Shown one piece after another: positions 8,762-19,367 of a DNA stretch of 64,000 bases. The position numbers and the translations under genes were made by a program. Source of the DNA: an uncultured Methanosarcinaceae archaeon (lineage in GTDB: Archaea > Halobacteriota > Methanosarcinia > Methanosarcinales > Methanosarcinaceae); NCBI GenBank assembly GCA_963847185.1, contig CAWJYV010000007.1, positions 128,001-192,000 on the forward strand, in the 5' to 3' direction. Numbering within the stretch: position 1 is the first letter of the stretch; every line of letters starts with the position of its first letter. The notes beneath the pieces were generated by a model, which saw only the letters and a list, made by a program, of their open reading frames with translations, ran no database searches and had not been told where the DNA came from.

Positions 8762-10226
8762 TTACTTTTCAGATTCTGTAAGATTTCCTGGGTTTGTCTG
8801 TTCCTGTCCAGTCTTTTCAGACTGTGTTAATTCTCTGTCTGATTACCTGTTCCAGTAGATGTGTTACCGCTATCTCCAGATGTTCCAGTTCCAGATGTTC
8901 CAGTAGTGTTACCGCTATCTCCAGATGTTCCAGTTCCAGATGATCCAGTAGTGTTACCGCTATCTCCAGATGTTCCAGTTCCAGATGTTCCAGTAGATGT
9001 GTTACCGCTATCTCCAGATGTTCCAGTTCCAGATGTTCCAGTAGTGTTACCGCTATCTCCAGATGTTCCAGTTCCAGATGTTCCAGTAGTGTTACCGCTA
9101 TCTCCAGATGTTCCAGTTCCAGATGATCCAGTAGTGTTACCGCTATCTCCAGATGTTCCAGTTCCAGATGTTCCAGTAGTGTTACCGCTATCTCCAGATG
9201 TTCCAGTTCCAGATGTTCCAGTAGATTTGTTACCGCTATCTCCAGATGTTCCAGTTCCAGATGTTCCAGTAGATTGTTATCGCTATCTCCAGATGTTCCA
9301 GTTCCGGATGTTCCAGTTCCAGATGTTCCAGTTCCAGATGATCCAGTAGTGTTACCGCTATCTCCAGATGTTCCAGTTCCGGATGTTCCAGTTCCGGATG
9401 ATCCAGTTCCAGATGATCTAGTAGTGTTACCGCTATCTCCAGATGTTCCAGTTCCAGATGTTATAGTTCCAGATGTTCTAGTAAAGGTACTACAGGTGTT
9501 ACCACTAGTTCCAGATGTTCCAGTAGATGTACTACAGGTGTTACCACTAGTTCCAGATGTTCCACTTGAGCTTCCACAGTTATTATAGAAATAACCGTTA
9601 CATTCTGTCTGTTCACTTGAGTTCTTAGTACAGGCTCCACTGGAGCTTGTAGTACTGGTTCCGCAGGTGCTGGTTCCACAGGTGCTGGTTCCACAGGTGC
9701 TGGTTCCGCAGGTGCTGGTTCCACAGGTGCTGGTTCCGCAGGTGCTGGTTCCGCAGGTGCTGGTTCCACAGGTGCTGGTTCCGCAGGTGCTGGTTCCACA
9801 GGTGCTGGTTCCACATAAGCTCGTAGTACAGTTCTCACTGGTACTGTTTTCACTTGAGCTCGTCGTACAGTTCCCACTGGCACTGTTTCCACATGAGCTC
9901 GTCGTACAGTTTTCTTGCCCATAGTCTGAAGATGAGTCGCTGCCTATAATTGAGCTGCTTATAGAAGAACTACCTACAACTGAGCTGCTATCTATAGGTG
10001 TGCTATAGCCTACGGCTGAGTTACAGCCTATATTTGAACTGCATTCCGCAGATAGGTTATCTTGTCCAGAGTTTGTATTTTCAGAGCTTATATTTTCAGA
10101 GGTTAATTTTGTATAGTTTGTAAGATCTTCACAGGCAATAGTGCCTGCCGTAATTAAAGTTGAAATTACTATTACTATAGAAAGAAACCCCAGGCTTTTT
10201 ACAACTGAATTTCCACTTAGGTTCAT
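8762..10226 (-). CDS. secreted low-complexity Ser/Thr/Gly/Cys repeat protein (two apparent 1-nt frameshifts)
   Basis: Hydrophobic signal LGFLSIVIVISTLITAG after GGAGGA SD; (CGTST)x11 and GTSGTGTSGDSGNTT repeats. One base is missing at ~9274 and probably another at ~8828; the corrected end reads ...NLTQSEKTGQEQTNPGNLTESEK*. Confidence 0.65.
8851..9480. repeat. tandem 42/45-nt repeats (core GTTACCGCTATCTCCAGATGTTCCAGTTCCAGATG)
   Basis: About a dozen near-identical units are visible. Confidence 0.95.
9655..9815. repeat. 15-nt tandem repeat CTGGTTCCRCAGGTG x11 (encodes CGTST)
   Basis: Directly visible. Confidence 0.95.
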
Positions 10227-10755
10227 TACGTTCCTCCACATTTTTTGATCTACTCGTTTAACTGAGAAGATCAGGAACCAAAAAGACTACCAAAGTAAAA
10301 ATTAGCTAATACCCCTTAAATGTTACCATCACTTGCTTCTAAAAATTAAATATATTTTTTAAGCTAAATAACGTATATCTAGAAAAACCCCTGTTTCCCA
10401 ATCTTGAAATTCATTTCTATTAAATTCAATTATTCAAAAAATTAGGTTATTTTCTAACTCTAAAATCTTATCAATTATGTATAATAATTTTGAATGTAAT
10501 ATTTTGTACGAAGAGTGTGATTCTCTCTGATTGAATAGTTATTTTTTTGCTTATTAATTCTGTTCACTCAATCTGAAGCTTCATATTTGGTGCTGTCATA
10601 CATCTAATATTGTTGCCTCCTTGTTCTGTTCCTCGTTTTTCAAAGCCAATTTGATCTTGCTTGTTTGATCTGAGAAAAGACTTGAAAAGATTACGACATG
10701 CTCAAAACAGCCTAGTTAATAGTTAATATATATTAAAGGCAACAATATCCAGCAG

Positions 10756-12075
10756 ATGACAAAAGGAATTCTTATCGCAGGAACCCAGAGCGGGGTTGGA
10801 AAAACTACAGTCTCCATGGGTATTATGGCTGCCCTCAAGCACAGGGAGCTTAAAGTCCAGCCTTATAAGGTAGGGCCTGACTATATCGATCCTTCTCATC
10901 ATACAGCAATCTGCGGGCGACCCTCAAGGAATCTGGACACCTATATGATGGACACTGACGGGATTAAACAGACCGTAGCTCGAACGGCTGTAGATGCTGA
11001 TATCGTGGTCGTAGAAGGTGTGATGGGGCTTTTTGATGGGATAGATTCTACGGAAATTGCAAGCTCAGCGCATGTTGCGAAAACCCTTGACTTACCGGTA
11101 ATTCTGGTAATTAATGTTCATGGTATGTCCAGAAGCGCCGCAGCTCTTTTGAAAGGGTATTCCGAGTTTGATCCTGAGATCAGGATTGCAGGTGTCATCC
11201 TTAATCAGGTTGGAAGCCCACGCCATGCGGAACTCGTAAAAAATTCGCTTCCTGGCAACATTCCTGTAGTAGGTACTATTCCACGAAGGAAAGATATCGA
11301 GGTTCCCTCCAGACACCTCGGACTATACATGGCCCATGAAAAGGACTACAACACTGAAGAAATGGCAGCTTTTATAGAGGAAAATGTTGACCTTGATGCA
11401 GTGCTTGAACTTGCCGAACCCTGTTCAGTTCCCAAGATTGCGAATATCCAGAGACCGGAAGCAGATGTCAGAATAGGAATTGCCAGGGACCCTGCTTTTT
11501 GTTTTTACTATCAGGATATGTTTGATGCCTTTAGAGACTCTGGGGCTGAGGTAGTATTCTTTAGCCCGATGGCAGGAGAAGTCCCTGATGTGGACGGAAT
11601 TTACCTTGGAGGCGGCTATCCTGAACTTTACGCAGAAACCCTTGAAAATTCGGAAACTACCCGGAAGCTCAAAGGGCTTGCAGCGGACGGTCTTCCTATC
11701 TATGCAGAATGCGGCGGTCTGCTCTACCTCTGTGGAACCTATGAAGTGGATGGCCGGACTTATAAACTTGCAGATGTTGTGCCCGCAAATACGCGTATGA
11801 CAAACCGGCTTAAGGCTCTGGGCTATACTGAGGCTCGCCCTCTGGATACAAATTTCTCTTCTCATAACATCCGGGGTCACGAATTCCATTACTCTCTTAC
11901 GGAATGTGATAAAGACGCCAGGTTTGCATATGAAATGCTTCGCGGAAAAGGTATTCAGAATGGTTTTGACGGGCTTATCGAGCACAACACCCTCGCAGGG
12001 TATATGCATTCTCATCCTGCCAGTTTCCCGGTAGATAAGTTTGTGGGAAAATGCAGAGTATACAGAAGAAAGTAA
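10756..12075 (+). CDS. cbiA: cobyrinate a,c-diamide synthase
   Basis: SGVGKTT P-loop, KVGPDYID, EGVMGLFDG, GGGYPE, AECGG and GHEFHYS motifs. Not in a cfb cluster, so cbiA/cobB is favoured over cfbB. Confidence 0.85.
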   Translation: MTKGILIAGTQSGVGKTTVSMGIMAALKHRELKVQPYKVGPDYIDPSHHTAICGRPSRNLDTYMMDTDGIKQTVARTAVDADIVVVEGVMGLFDGIDSTEIASSAHVAKTLDLPVILVINVHGMSRSAAALLKGYSEFDPEIRIAGVILNQVGSPRHAELVKNSLPGNIPVVGTIPRRKDIEVPSRHLGLYMAHEKDYNTEEMAAFIEENVDLDAVLELAEPCSVPKIANIQRPEADVRIGIARDPAFCFYYQDMFDAFRDSGAEVVFFSPMAGEVPDVDGIYLGGGYPELYAETLENSETTRKLKGLAADGLPIYAECGGLLYLCGTYEVDGRTYKLADVVPANTRMTNRLKALGYTEARPLDTNFSSHNIRGHEFHYSLTECDKDARFAYEMLRGKGIQNGFDGLIEHNTLAGYMHSHPASFPVDKFVGKCRVYRRK

Positions 12076-12469
12076 AGGTTCAGACCTAAACCTGTTGCTT
12101 GCTTTGCGAGCAACTTTTTAATTTTTTATCTTTTCATATATTTATGTTGCAGCGCATTTCTAAATTAAGGGCCTGTTGAAAGACTTTCATTCTCATGCTG
12201 AGAAACTTTCATTCTAAATATGTGCTAGGTATTCGACCCTTCACCAGCTATCCTTTCTAAAACACTTTCAGTCTGCCAGGTTGGGATTAATAAACACAGA
12301 CATAGTTTTTGTGAATAGAGATGTATATACTGGAAGAGATATTCAAAGGATTTACTGCATTCCTCCAGTATTATGAGGAACAATTTGGACAATGAATAAT
12401 CAGTCCAGTATTGACTCAGCCAACATAATTCAGTCTATATCATATCCAGTTATAAAAAGAGGGAATAAA

Positions 12470-12934
12470 ATGAAATTTATATGTCCACTGATTGTTGTTA
12501 ATAACATAGAGGTTTCCAGAAGCTTTTACGAAAAAGTTCTCAATCAAAAAGTACAATGCGATTTTGGTGAAAATGTATCATTTGAGGGCGGCTTTGCAAT
12601 ACATTTAAAATCACATTTTTCAGACCTAATTAATATTAATAAGAGCGATATCCTTCAAAAAGCAAATAATTGTGAATTATATTTTGAAGAAGATGATTTA
12701 GATAGTTTCCTTCAAAAGCTGAAAAATAGAGAGTCAATCGAATATGTACATGGGTTAAAAGAACAGCCCTGGGGACAAAGGGTTATCAGATTTTACGATC
12801 CTGATATGCACATTATTGAAGTTGGTGAACCCATGGAAAGCGTAGTAAGAAGGTTCTTGAGTAACGGGTTATCGATTGAAGAAACAGTAAAAAGTACCTT
12901 AATGCCAGAAGAATTTGTCAAAAAGTTCATATAA
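12470..12934 (+). CDS. VOC/glyoxalase family protein
   Basis: SRSFYEKVL and EQPWGQRVIRFYDPDMHIIEVGE motifs. Confidence 0.85.
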   Translation: MKFICPLIVVNNIEVSRSFYEKVLNQKVQCDFGENVSFEGGFAIHLKSHFSDLININKSDILQKANNCELYFEEDDLDSFLQKLKNRESIEYVHGLKEQPWGQRVIRFYDPDMHIIEVGEPMESVVRRFLSNGLSIEETVKSTLMPEEFVKKFI

Positions 12935-12977
12935 GATTTTTATTATCCGTTTTAAGGTTTCTTAATTCTTTAATCCT

Positions 12978-14096
12978 TTATTCATTTTCGTTTCCCTTTT
13001 CGTTTCCCTTTTCGTTTCCCTTTTCGTTTCCCTTTTCATTTTCCTTTTCATTTTCCTTTTCGTTTCCCTTTTCGTTTCCCTTTTCTTTATTTTTAAAATA
13101 AATTTTCTTCTCGTAATACCCTAGAGGATGGTTGATTTTTTCGCACAACCTATCTTTTCCTATGCAGTTGCCATAGGTTCTCATGGTATCGCAGGCTGGG
13201 GGTTTGTATGTATTTCCCGTGGCGCCTGCAATGTGCTCTATCTGGTAAAGGGTTTTTTCTGCGTCAAAATCAGGGGAAATATTGAAAAGATTGAGTATTT
13301 CGTCTACTGACATCCCCACGCTCAGCAAAAAAGAGGTCATGGCAAATCTCATTGAATGAGCAAGGTTCACTCCGCCCTGAACGTTTGCAAGGGCATGTGA
13401 AATACAGGGGGGAAAGAGTTCAGGCTCTACAGTTCCGAAATCCGTTGCCCCGAATTTTTTCTTTTGGACCTCGAACTGATCCTTTATCTCGGCAACATAA
13501 GGGGCACAAAAACTCGAAATCTCCTCAGGAATTTCAGGAATCGGAAAGGATCGTTCAATACGTTCTCTGATCGCTTCTTCAAAGAGCCTTGCAAATTCTT
13601 CCTTTGTAATTTTCACTTTGCCGGCTTTTAACTGGCGGTTTGTAAGTTTCCAGGTTGGGTCTTTCAGTGAATTTGAAAAGCGGATATAGTCCGTAAAATG
13701 CAAGCTGAAATAGGAATCTTTTAATTCCACTGAAATTCCGAAATCTTCTCCGAATTCAAGTAAAAAAGCAGGGGTTTCGTTTTTTAATAAGGTATAGGCA
13801 GCTTTGGCTTCTGCCAGAGAATAGCGCCGGGTAAAAAGCTGGTCATCCACACAGGCAACCAGCATTCTGGCAAAAGGGTAAGAAAGGAGTTCTGCGAGGA
13901 TATGGGCTTCTCCTGAAAGAGGAGATTTCTTGATTTCCCCTTCCAGAGCTTGTTTTACCCTTTCTATTCCCCGGGCCCTTGCAGCTCTGTAAGCCCGGGA
14001 ATTAAGCAGATTATCAAGGGAAATACCCAGATTTTCAACATGGATAGATGCTTCTGAAATAAACGGATAAAATGCAAGTTTTTCGGCCTGCATCAT
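12978..14096 (-). CDS. priL: DNA primase large subunit
   Basis: FPPCI, HSMRF, YQIEHIAG and YKPPACDTM...C...C..HPL Fe-S motifs. Confidence 0.93.
   Translation of the reverse strand: MMQAEKLAFYPFISEASIHVENLGISLDNLLNSRAYRAARARGIERVKQALEGEIKKSPLSGEAHILAELLSYPFARMLVACVDDQLFTRRYSLAEAKAAYTLLKNETPAFLLEFGEDFGISVELKDSYFSLHFTDYIRFSNSLKDPTWKLTNRQLKAGKVKITKEEFARLFEEAIRERIERSFPIPEIPEEISSFCAPYVAEIKDQFEVQKKKFGATDFGTVEPELFPPCISHALANVQGGVNLAHSMRFAMTSFLLSVGMSVDEILNLFNISPDFDAEKTLYQIEHIAGATGNTYKPPACDTMRTYGNCIGKDRLCEKINHPLGYYEKKIYFKNKEKGNEKGNEKENEKENEKGNEKGNEKGNEKGNENE
12981..13085. repeat. 12-nt coding microsatellite (K[G/E]NE) at the PriL C-terminus
   Basis: TTTTCGTTTCCC/TTTTCATTTTCC, about 8 copies. Confidence 0.9.
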
Positions 14097-14833
14097 TAAT
14101 CCGACTCAATTCTCGGGGCAAGGAGGTAAGAAATTCTTCCTGTACCGTTTGCAATTTCGAAGTCTATGATTACTGGAAAATCCCTTCCGAGGGAAAGACT
14201 AACTTCGTTTACTTTGTTCGTGGGCTTAACTATATCTGTCAGATAGTCCAGCGAAAAAAGGGAACATGCTTCACCTGCCTTCAGGTCAATTAGCTGATCT
14301 CTACCCATCTCTAAGCGAACCTGGTCAGTATCACCTTTTGCTTCCATATAAAAGGAATCACCGGAAACTCCCATAAGCAGATGATCGCTTATTTTTTCTG
14401 CAGCCTTCACCGCACGCCTGAGATCCGTGCCGTTCAGGACAACTTTTGCAGGCAACTCAAGCTGGGGAACTCTGGGTTCTGCACGAACTGTAGAAGGGTC
14501 GAGAAGAGAAAGGGTATAAGACAGCCCTCCGACATCGATCAGGAGTTTATGATTTCCTTCTTCAAGTTCCATCCGGACTGTGTCGTTTTTATCTGCAATT
14601 CCCAGCAGGTCCGTAATCTTATTCAGGTCAATTCCGATTTCACTCTCATCAGCGCTATATTCATCAAAAGCGGATGATCCAAGCTCAAAGATTACCATTG
14701 CAACGTTGGCAGGGTCAACAGCTTTTACCGAAATACCTTCCGGTTTCATCTTGAATCTGACCTCGTCTACAATTACAGCCAGTGAGGCAATCGCGTCCTT
14801 CAGAAGCTCTGCATTAATTGCTGCCTTAAACAT
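14096..14833 (-). CDS. pcn: PCNA sliding clamp
   Basis: AVDPANVAMV, FSLDYL and YLLAPRIE motifs. Confidence 0.96.
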   Translation of the reverse strand: MFKAAINAELLKDAIASLAVIVDEVRFKMKPEGISVKAVDPANVAMVIFELGSSAFDEYSADESEIGIDLNKITDLLGIADKNDTVRMELEEGNHKLLIDVGGLSYTLSLLDPSTVRAEPRVPQLELPAKVVLNGTDLRRAVKAAEKISDHLLMGVSGDSFYMEAKGDTDQVRLEMGRDQLIDLKAGEACSLFSLDYLTDIVKPTNKVNEVSLSLGRDFPVIIDFEIANGTGRISYLLAPRIESD

Positions 14834-15127
14834 AATTCTTCTCCGCTATAAATTTAAGTTTTAAGCTCTTTATTACCCTTGAGATATATAAATTTCTTTA
14901 CAAAATCGTAAGTATTCGATCTATTATAAGGATAAATTTTCCGAATATGGATAAATATCTATCTTGAATCGGAAAATCACTAGATTCAAACTCCCGGTAA
15001 CTATATAACTTTTGGTCAAAAACCGGAAGGCTTCAGGCTCTGCCTGAGGCAGGAGAGAAGCTAGACCTGATAAATTAACTTTTTTGGGATATGATCTTCA
15101 AGGGTTTTACAGAAGGGCAACTGGGTT

Positions 15128-15442
15128 TCAGTCGTATTCTCTCCAGGTGAACCCACATTTAGTACATTTGAAGAAACGTGTTTCAGACTCGTCTGCGGAT
15201 CTGAGTTGTCTGAGCCACCAGGCTGCAGTATTATGTCCGCACTCCGGGCATTTTGTACTTGTTGTTGGCAGACCTGATGTCTGTTCACCTTCCAGAACCA
15301 CTACTTCACGATCATCAATTTTGGCTTTGGATACAAAATTCTTTGCGTCATTTTTTATGGGTATTGTGTTTCCGCACTTTCTACATTGGTAATTACCATC
15401 TTTAGGAAACATCATACTTTTGCATTTGGTACAGAACTGCAT
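15128..15442 (-). CDS. tfs: transcription factor S (RpoM/TFS)
   Basis: Two Zn ribbons; QLRSADESETRFFKCTKC. Confidence 0.93.
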   Translation of the reverse strand: MQFCTKCKSMMFPKDGNYQCRKCGNTIPIKNDAKNFVSKAKIDDREVVVLEGEQTSGLPTTSTKCPECGHNTAAWWLRQLRSADESETRFFKCTKCGFTWREYD

Positions 15443-15836
15443 TAATATCACTTTTTGCGTCATTTACTATTTTGTTGTGGTCAAAAGCCAGTTCAGGAAT
15501 AGAATCAAGCTCAAAAAGCTCGGCAGAAGCGGCATCAGACCCTGATTTTAGCTTTCCGGATCCCTTTGCGAGGTAGCATATTGAAACTGTATGGCCTCTG
15601 GGGTCGCGTTGAGGATCGGAATAGACCCCTAAAAGTTTAATGATCTCTACAGAAAGACCCGTTTCTTCAAAAGCTTCTCTTGTGGCTGCTTTTTCTGTAC
15701 TTTCTCCTATTTCAACAAAGCCACCAGGAAGGGCAAACTTCCCCTGATATGGAGGATTTTTTCTCTTCACAAGAACAAGCCTATTTTTAAAGAGGATTAT
15801 GGTATCAACGGTTAAGCTAGGGGTTTGAGGTTTCAT
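15402..15836 (-). CDS. NUDIX hydrolase (ADP-ribose pyrophosphatase-like)
   Basis: GGFVEIGESTEKAATREAFEETGL Nudix box. Confidence 0.9.
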   Translation of the reverse strand: MKPQTPSLTVDTIILFKNRLVLVKRKNPPYQGKFALPGGFVEIGESTEKAATREAFEETGLSVEIIKLLGVYSDPQRDPRGHTVSICYLAKGSGKLKSGSDAASAELFELDSIPELAFDHNKIVNDAKSDINAVLYQMQKYDVS

Positions 15837-16586
15837 AAAACGCCTTCGCAAGTTAGTCTTCCCTGAGATTTTCTTTCCAGCCACCAATAATTTTCTAAAT
15901 CAATTTCATCGGCAAAGATGCCAGATAATAATATATTATTATTGAGTATAACTAGAAATTCGTCATCGTATTTCAATTATTCTTCCTAATCATTTTGATT
16001 ACTTTCTCAGAGTTCCTTTTTTGGATTTTTCTCTCGAGTCTCATTTTAGTTGTCTTGTTGATTTTTGACATTTTAAATCAAATTTTCATCAAGCAAAAAA
16101 GTCCCTTATGCAGTAACCTCTCTTAAATGTTTCTCTTTTGTTGGAACTAAAAGCCTCTTTCTCTATTACTTTTATCGTTTTTTGATTTGAGATTCTTATT
16201 TGAATAGGAGTAGTTTTCTAACGCTATTTTTGTATAATAGAAATTTGTTATCTAATTTGCAATGCTTACTCGATCTTTATCTCTGATGAATAAGTACTGA
16301 TGAATAAGTACTAATATAGAAAAATAAAATCTGGGAAAGTAAAATAATATTCTTTGCAAATAAAATCAATACTCTTTGTAAGTAAAATCCATATCCTTTG
16401 AATTCTAATATGAGTGTGAATTTTGAGTCTTTAAAAAAACTTCTATGAAAATCATTATATTTTAGAGAATTTAATATGTCATTCTTCTTAAACTTCATAA
16501 CTTGCCCGAGATACCTCCCATGTATTGGGAATAATGAGGACAGAAATCTCGAATTCACTTATCTCGGGCAAAAAGGTGCGTAAAAA

Positions 16587-17456
16587 ATGATAGAAAATGT
16601 GCTCTGGCTCGCAGTCGGATTAATGGTTGTTTCATCCGTCATCCCCAGAAATTTCAGGGTTCGTAAACTTGTAGGTGGGGTCGGGTGGAGTGTATTTTCC
16701 ATTCACTGGAGTTACCAGCCTCTCCATTATTTAAAAGTCATGGACTATACTAACGTGATCCTGACAATAATAGTTACTCTATTTTGTTTACTCGTTGCCT
16801 ATATTATGTTTCGTGAGTACAGGGAAGGTCCTCTTCATATACTAAAAAATAGAAAAGTCCTTCACTCGGAGTTATCAGTTCAGGATGAGATCAGTTCCCT
16901 TGATATAACTTCAATGCTTACCAGTGCCAGTGCACTCGGAGCTCTCGTTTATTATCCATTCGCGAATTTCTCGGCTCTGAATACCTGGATCATTGGAGAA
17001 GTTACTTCCCAGGTTCTCTGGGTCCTCCAGTATCTCGAGGTTCCTGCATATCTGAAGGCCTGGAATATGATAACCCTAAATGGATATACAGTTGAGATCA
17101 TTCTTGCCTGTACGGCAATTGAGAGTATAGCTCTCTTTATGGGGCTTATAGCAGCAGTCAAAGCTCCCCTTAATCGTCTGGCTACGGCCTTCATTATATC
17201 CGTGCCTGTAATTTATGTTTTAAACCTTATCAGGGATATTTTTGTGGTAGTAGCTTACGGAGAGCAGTGGTTTGGTGCTGACAGTTTTGTAATCGCACAT
17301 AATTATATAGCAAAAGCTGGTTCAGGAATTGCTCTTTTTGCAATTTCATATGCGGTCCTTCGAGTTCTGCCCGAATTACTGGAAATGATTGACGGTTTGT
17401 GGGTCATACTTTCAGCAGAGCTGAAATCTCTTTTGCATAGATCTGAGGGGGGTTGA
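16587..17456 (+). CDS. artA: archaeosortase A
   Basis: Polytopic membrane protein with IILACTAIES, LNLIRD and IAHN residues; upstream of psd/pssA. Confidence 0.88.
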   Translation: MIENVLWLAVGLMVVSSVIPRNFRVRKLVGGVGWSVFSIHWSYQPLHYLKVMDYTNVILTIIVTLFCLLVAYIMFREYREGPLHILKNRKVLHSELSVQDEISSLDITSMLTSASALGALVYYPFANFSALNTWIIGEVTSQVLWVLQYLEVPAYLKAWNMITLNGYTVEIILACTAIESIALFMGLIAAVKAPLNRLATAFIISVPVIYVLNLIRDIFVVVAYGEQWFGADSFVIAHNYIAKAGSGIALFAISYAVLRVLPELLEMIDGLWVILSAELKSLLHRSEGG

Positions 17457-18085
17457 GGCCAATGTTTGCAAAGGGCTCGGAACCCTGGCTTTTTACCGCA
17501 GTATCTATAACCGGAATGTTTGCGATTCTTTCCAGGGCAATGGACAGCTCTTCTCTCCACAATGCTGCTTACCTGGGGATAGCGCTAACTTCTTTCATGA
17601 TTATTTTTTTCCGAGATCCCGAAAGAAAAGTTGAAGTTTCGGATGATTATATGATTTCTCCTGCCGATGGTACCGTTATAGATATCAGAGACAGGAAGAT
17701 CTGTATTTTCATGTTTTTTCAAAACGTTCATGTAAATAGAGCTCCTATTTCCGGAAAAATCAGAGAAATTACATATAAGAAAGGAGGATACCTCCCTGCT
17801 TATCGTAAAGATTCTGAAAGGAACGAAAGAAATGAGTTTATTATCCATAGCAAATATGGAGATGTCAGCGTTATACAGATTGCAGGTACCGTCGCCCGCA
17901 GGATTGTCTCTTACTCAAGGGTAAATGATACTGTCGAGCAAGGACAACGTATAGGAATGATTCGTTTCGGATCAAGGGTTGATGTGACAATTCCTCATGA
18001 TTTTGACATCACAGTCAGGAAAGGGGATCGTGTACTTGCAGGCAAGACTGTTGTAGCAATAATAAAAAGTGACAGGGAATTTTGA
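17453..18085 (+). CDS. psd: archaetidylserine (phosphatidylserine) decarboxylase
   Basis: FFRDPER, SPADG, VHVNRAP and IRFGSRVD self-cleavage motif. Confidence 0.92.
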   Translation: MRPMFAKGSEPWLFTAVSITGMFAILSRAMDSSSLHNAAYLGIALTSFMIIFFRDPERKVEVSDDYMISPADGTVIDIRDRKICIFMFFQNVHVNRAPISGKIREITYKKGGYLPAYRKDSERNERNEFIIHSKYGDVSVIQIAGTVARRIVSYSRVNDTVEQGQRIGMIRFGSRVDVTIPHDFDITVRKGDRVLAGKTVVAIIKSDREF

Positions 18086-18837
18086 ATATGAATGTATTTC
18101 AAATGTTAAGACTCCCGGACCTGGTCTCTCTTTTGAACCTGATCTGCGGGATTAGCGCCATTTCAGCTGCCCATAATGGTTCTTTTGACCTTGCTTTAAT
18201 CTTTCTTCTACTAGGTGCAGTCGCAGATGGGGCAGATGGATATATTGCCAGACGGTTCAGAGGAGGAGAATTGGGGGAGCATCTTGACTCCCTGTCGGAC
18301 GCAATCTCTTTTGGGGTTGCCCCTGCTCTTCTTATATATATCGGATTTGGAGGAGATGATCCTCTTGTTGCAGTATTTCCAGCTTTTTACGCTGTATGCG
18401 GTGTGCTCAGGCTTGCCCGTTTCAATTCGTCTATAACTTCCCAGAAAAACGGATTTGAAGGGCTTCCTATTACTGCAGGTTGCGTTATGCTTGTTACTTA
18501 CCTGCTTCTGGGTCATAATTTTGTCAGGATAGACCTTCTTTTAGCTCTTACTCTTGTCCTTTCTATTCTCATGGTAAGTTCAGTAAGCTATCCGAAGATC
18601 AGAAATATCAGGGTCCTGGCTTTTATAGCCGCTATTTTCGGGTTAACCATGCTTCTTTATTTCGTAGATTCGAAATATGGTACAGAGTATATGCGGATCT
18701 TTTCTTTCCTGCCTTTTATTCTAATGCTGATATACATTTTTTCTCCCTTTCTCAGGATTCCTTTATTGAGTAACTTAAGCAGTAAGGAGTACCGAAATAA
18801 AGGGGTAAAAGCCGGGGGAAGGAAGGAAAAGCACTGA
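18082..18837 (+). CDS. pssA: archaetidylserine synthase (CDP-alcohol phosphatidyltransferase)
   Basis: DGADGYIAR...GEHLDSLSDAISFG and RLARFN motifs. Confidence 0.92.
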   Translation: MNMNVFQMLRLPDLVSLLNLICGISAISAAHNGSFDLALIFLLLGAVADGADGYIARRFRGGELGEHLDSLSDAISFGVAPALLIYIGFGGDDPLVAVFPAFYAVCGVLRLARFNSSITSQKNGFEGLPITAGCVMLVTYLLLGHNFVRIDLLLALTLVLSILMVSSVSYPKIRNIRVLAFIAAIFGLTMLLYFVDSKYGTEYMRIFSFLPFILMLIYIFSPFLRIPLLSNLSSKEYRNKGVKAGGRKEKH

Positions 18838-18912
18838 GATCAACTAATAAAAGCAACAGGTTGATCCACTTCAAAATTCTCATTTACGAATGTTCTTCAG
18901 GGAGAGATTTAT

Positions 18913-19278
18913 TTGACTAATTTGACTCAAGAGAAAGTAACTGACAGAGATAACGCACTTTTTGAAGCAGGAATAAAGCTTGGGGCCCTCTACCATCAGT
19001 TTACGGGTTCTCCTGTAAATTTGAACACTGTTTCCAGCCTGGAACAGGCTATTCAGGAAAGCATTTCAGTTCAGCCTTATGTGGAGAGCATTTCCGTAAA
19101 AATCGATAGGGGAATGCTGAAAAGTAAATTGAACAGTGAATTCGGGTACTCCGAACTTCAGGGACCTATGCTTAAAGTAAAAATCAGTGTAAAGTATGGT
19201 TCTGTAAAGGTTAAAGTCGGGATTGAATACGACTCTGAACTGAATTACCCCCTTATGAAAATCGAAGAAATAGAATAA
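18913..19278 (+). CDS. mptD: archaeal dihydroneopterin aldolase (DUF381/MptD)
   Basis: FEAGIKLGALYHQFTG and YPLM motifs. Confidence 0.85.
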   Translation: MTNLTQEKVTDRDNALFEAGIKLGALYHQFTGSPVNLNTVSSLEQAIQESISVQPYVESISVKIDRGMLKSKLNSEFGYSELQGPMLKVKISVKYGSVKVKVGIEYDSELNYPLMKIEEIE

Positions 19279-19367
19279 TTAGGTACCTGAAAACTGGAAT
19301 TTGAAGAAACAGCTATTGGAATAATTAACTGCTGGAATAACTAATAAAAATGAAAAAAATAGAGGTT

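Noticed and set aside
8817-9273. His/Glu/Leu-rich LEHLELEHLEIAVT repeat as a metal-binding domain
   Set aside because: It is an out-of-frame reading of the GTSGTGTSGDSGNT repeat after a 1-nt deletion.
8851-9924. Repeats as a CRISPR array; overlapping PDVPV, VLVPQ and EPAPA ORFs
   Set aside because: Repeats are contiguous with no unique spacers; the alternative frames stay open only because the repeat lacks stop codons.
10756-12075. cfbB (F430 biosynthesis) assignment
   Set aside because: No cfbA/C/D/E neighbours; cbiA is preferred, although sequence alone is not decisive by eye.
12165-12300. Possible IS end (TTAAGGGCCTGTTGAA)
   Set aside because: No partner inverted repeat, target duplication or transposase remnant was recognised.
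16277-16558. 93-aa - strand ORF upstream of artA
   Set aside because: AT-rich promoter region, low-complexity F/I/L/K content and no motif.
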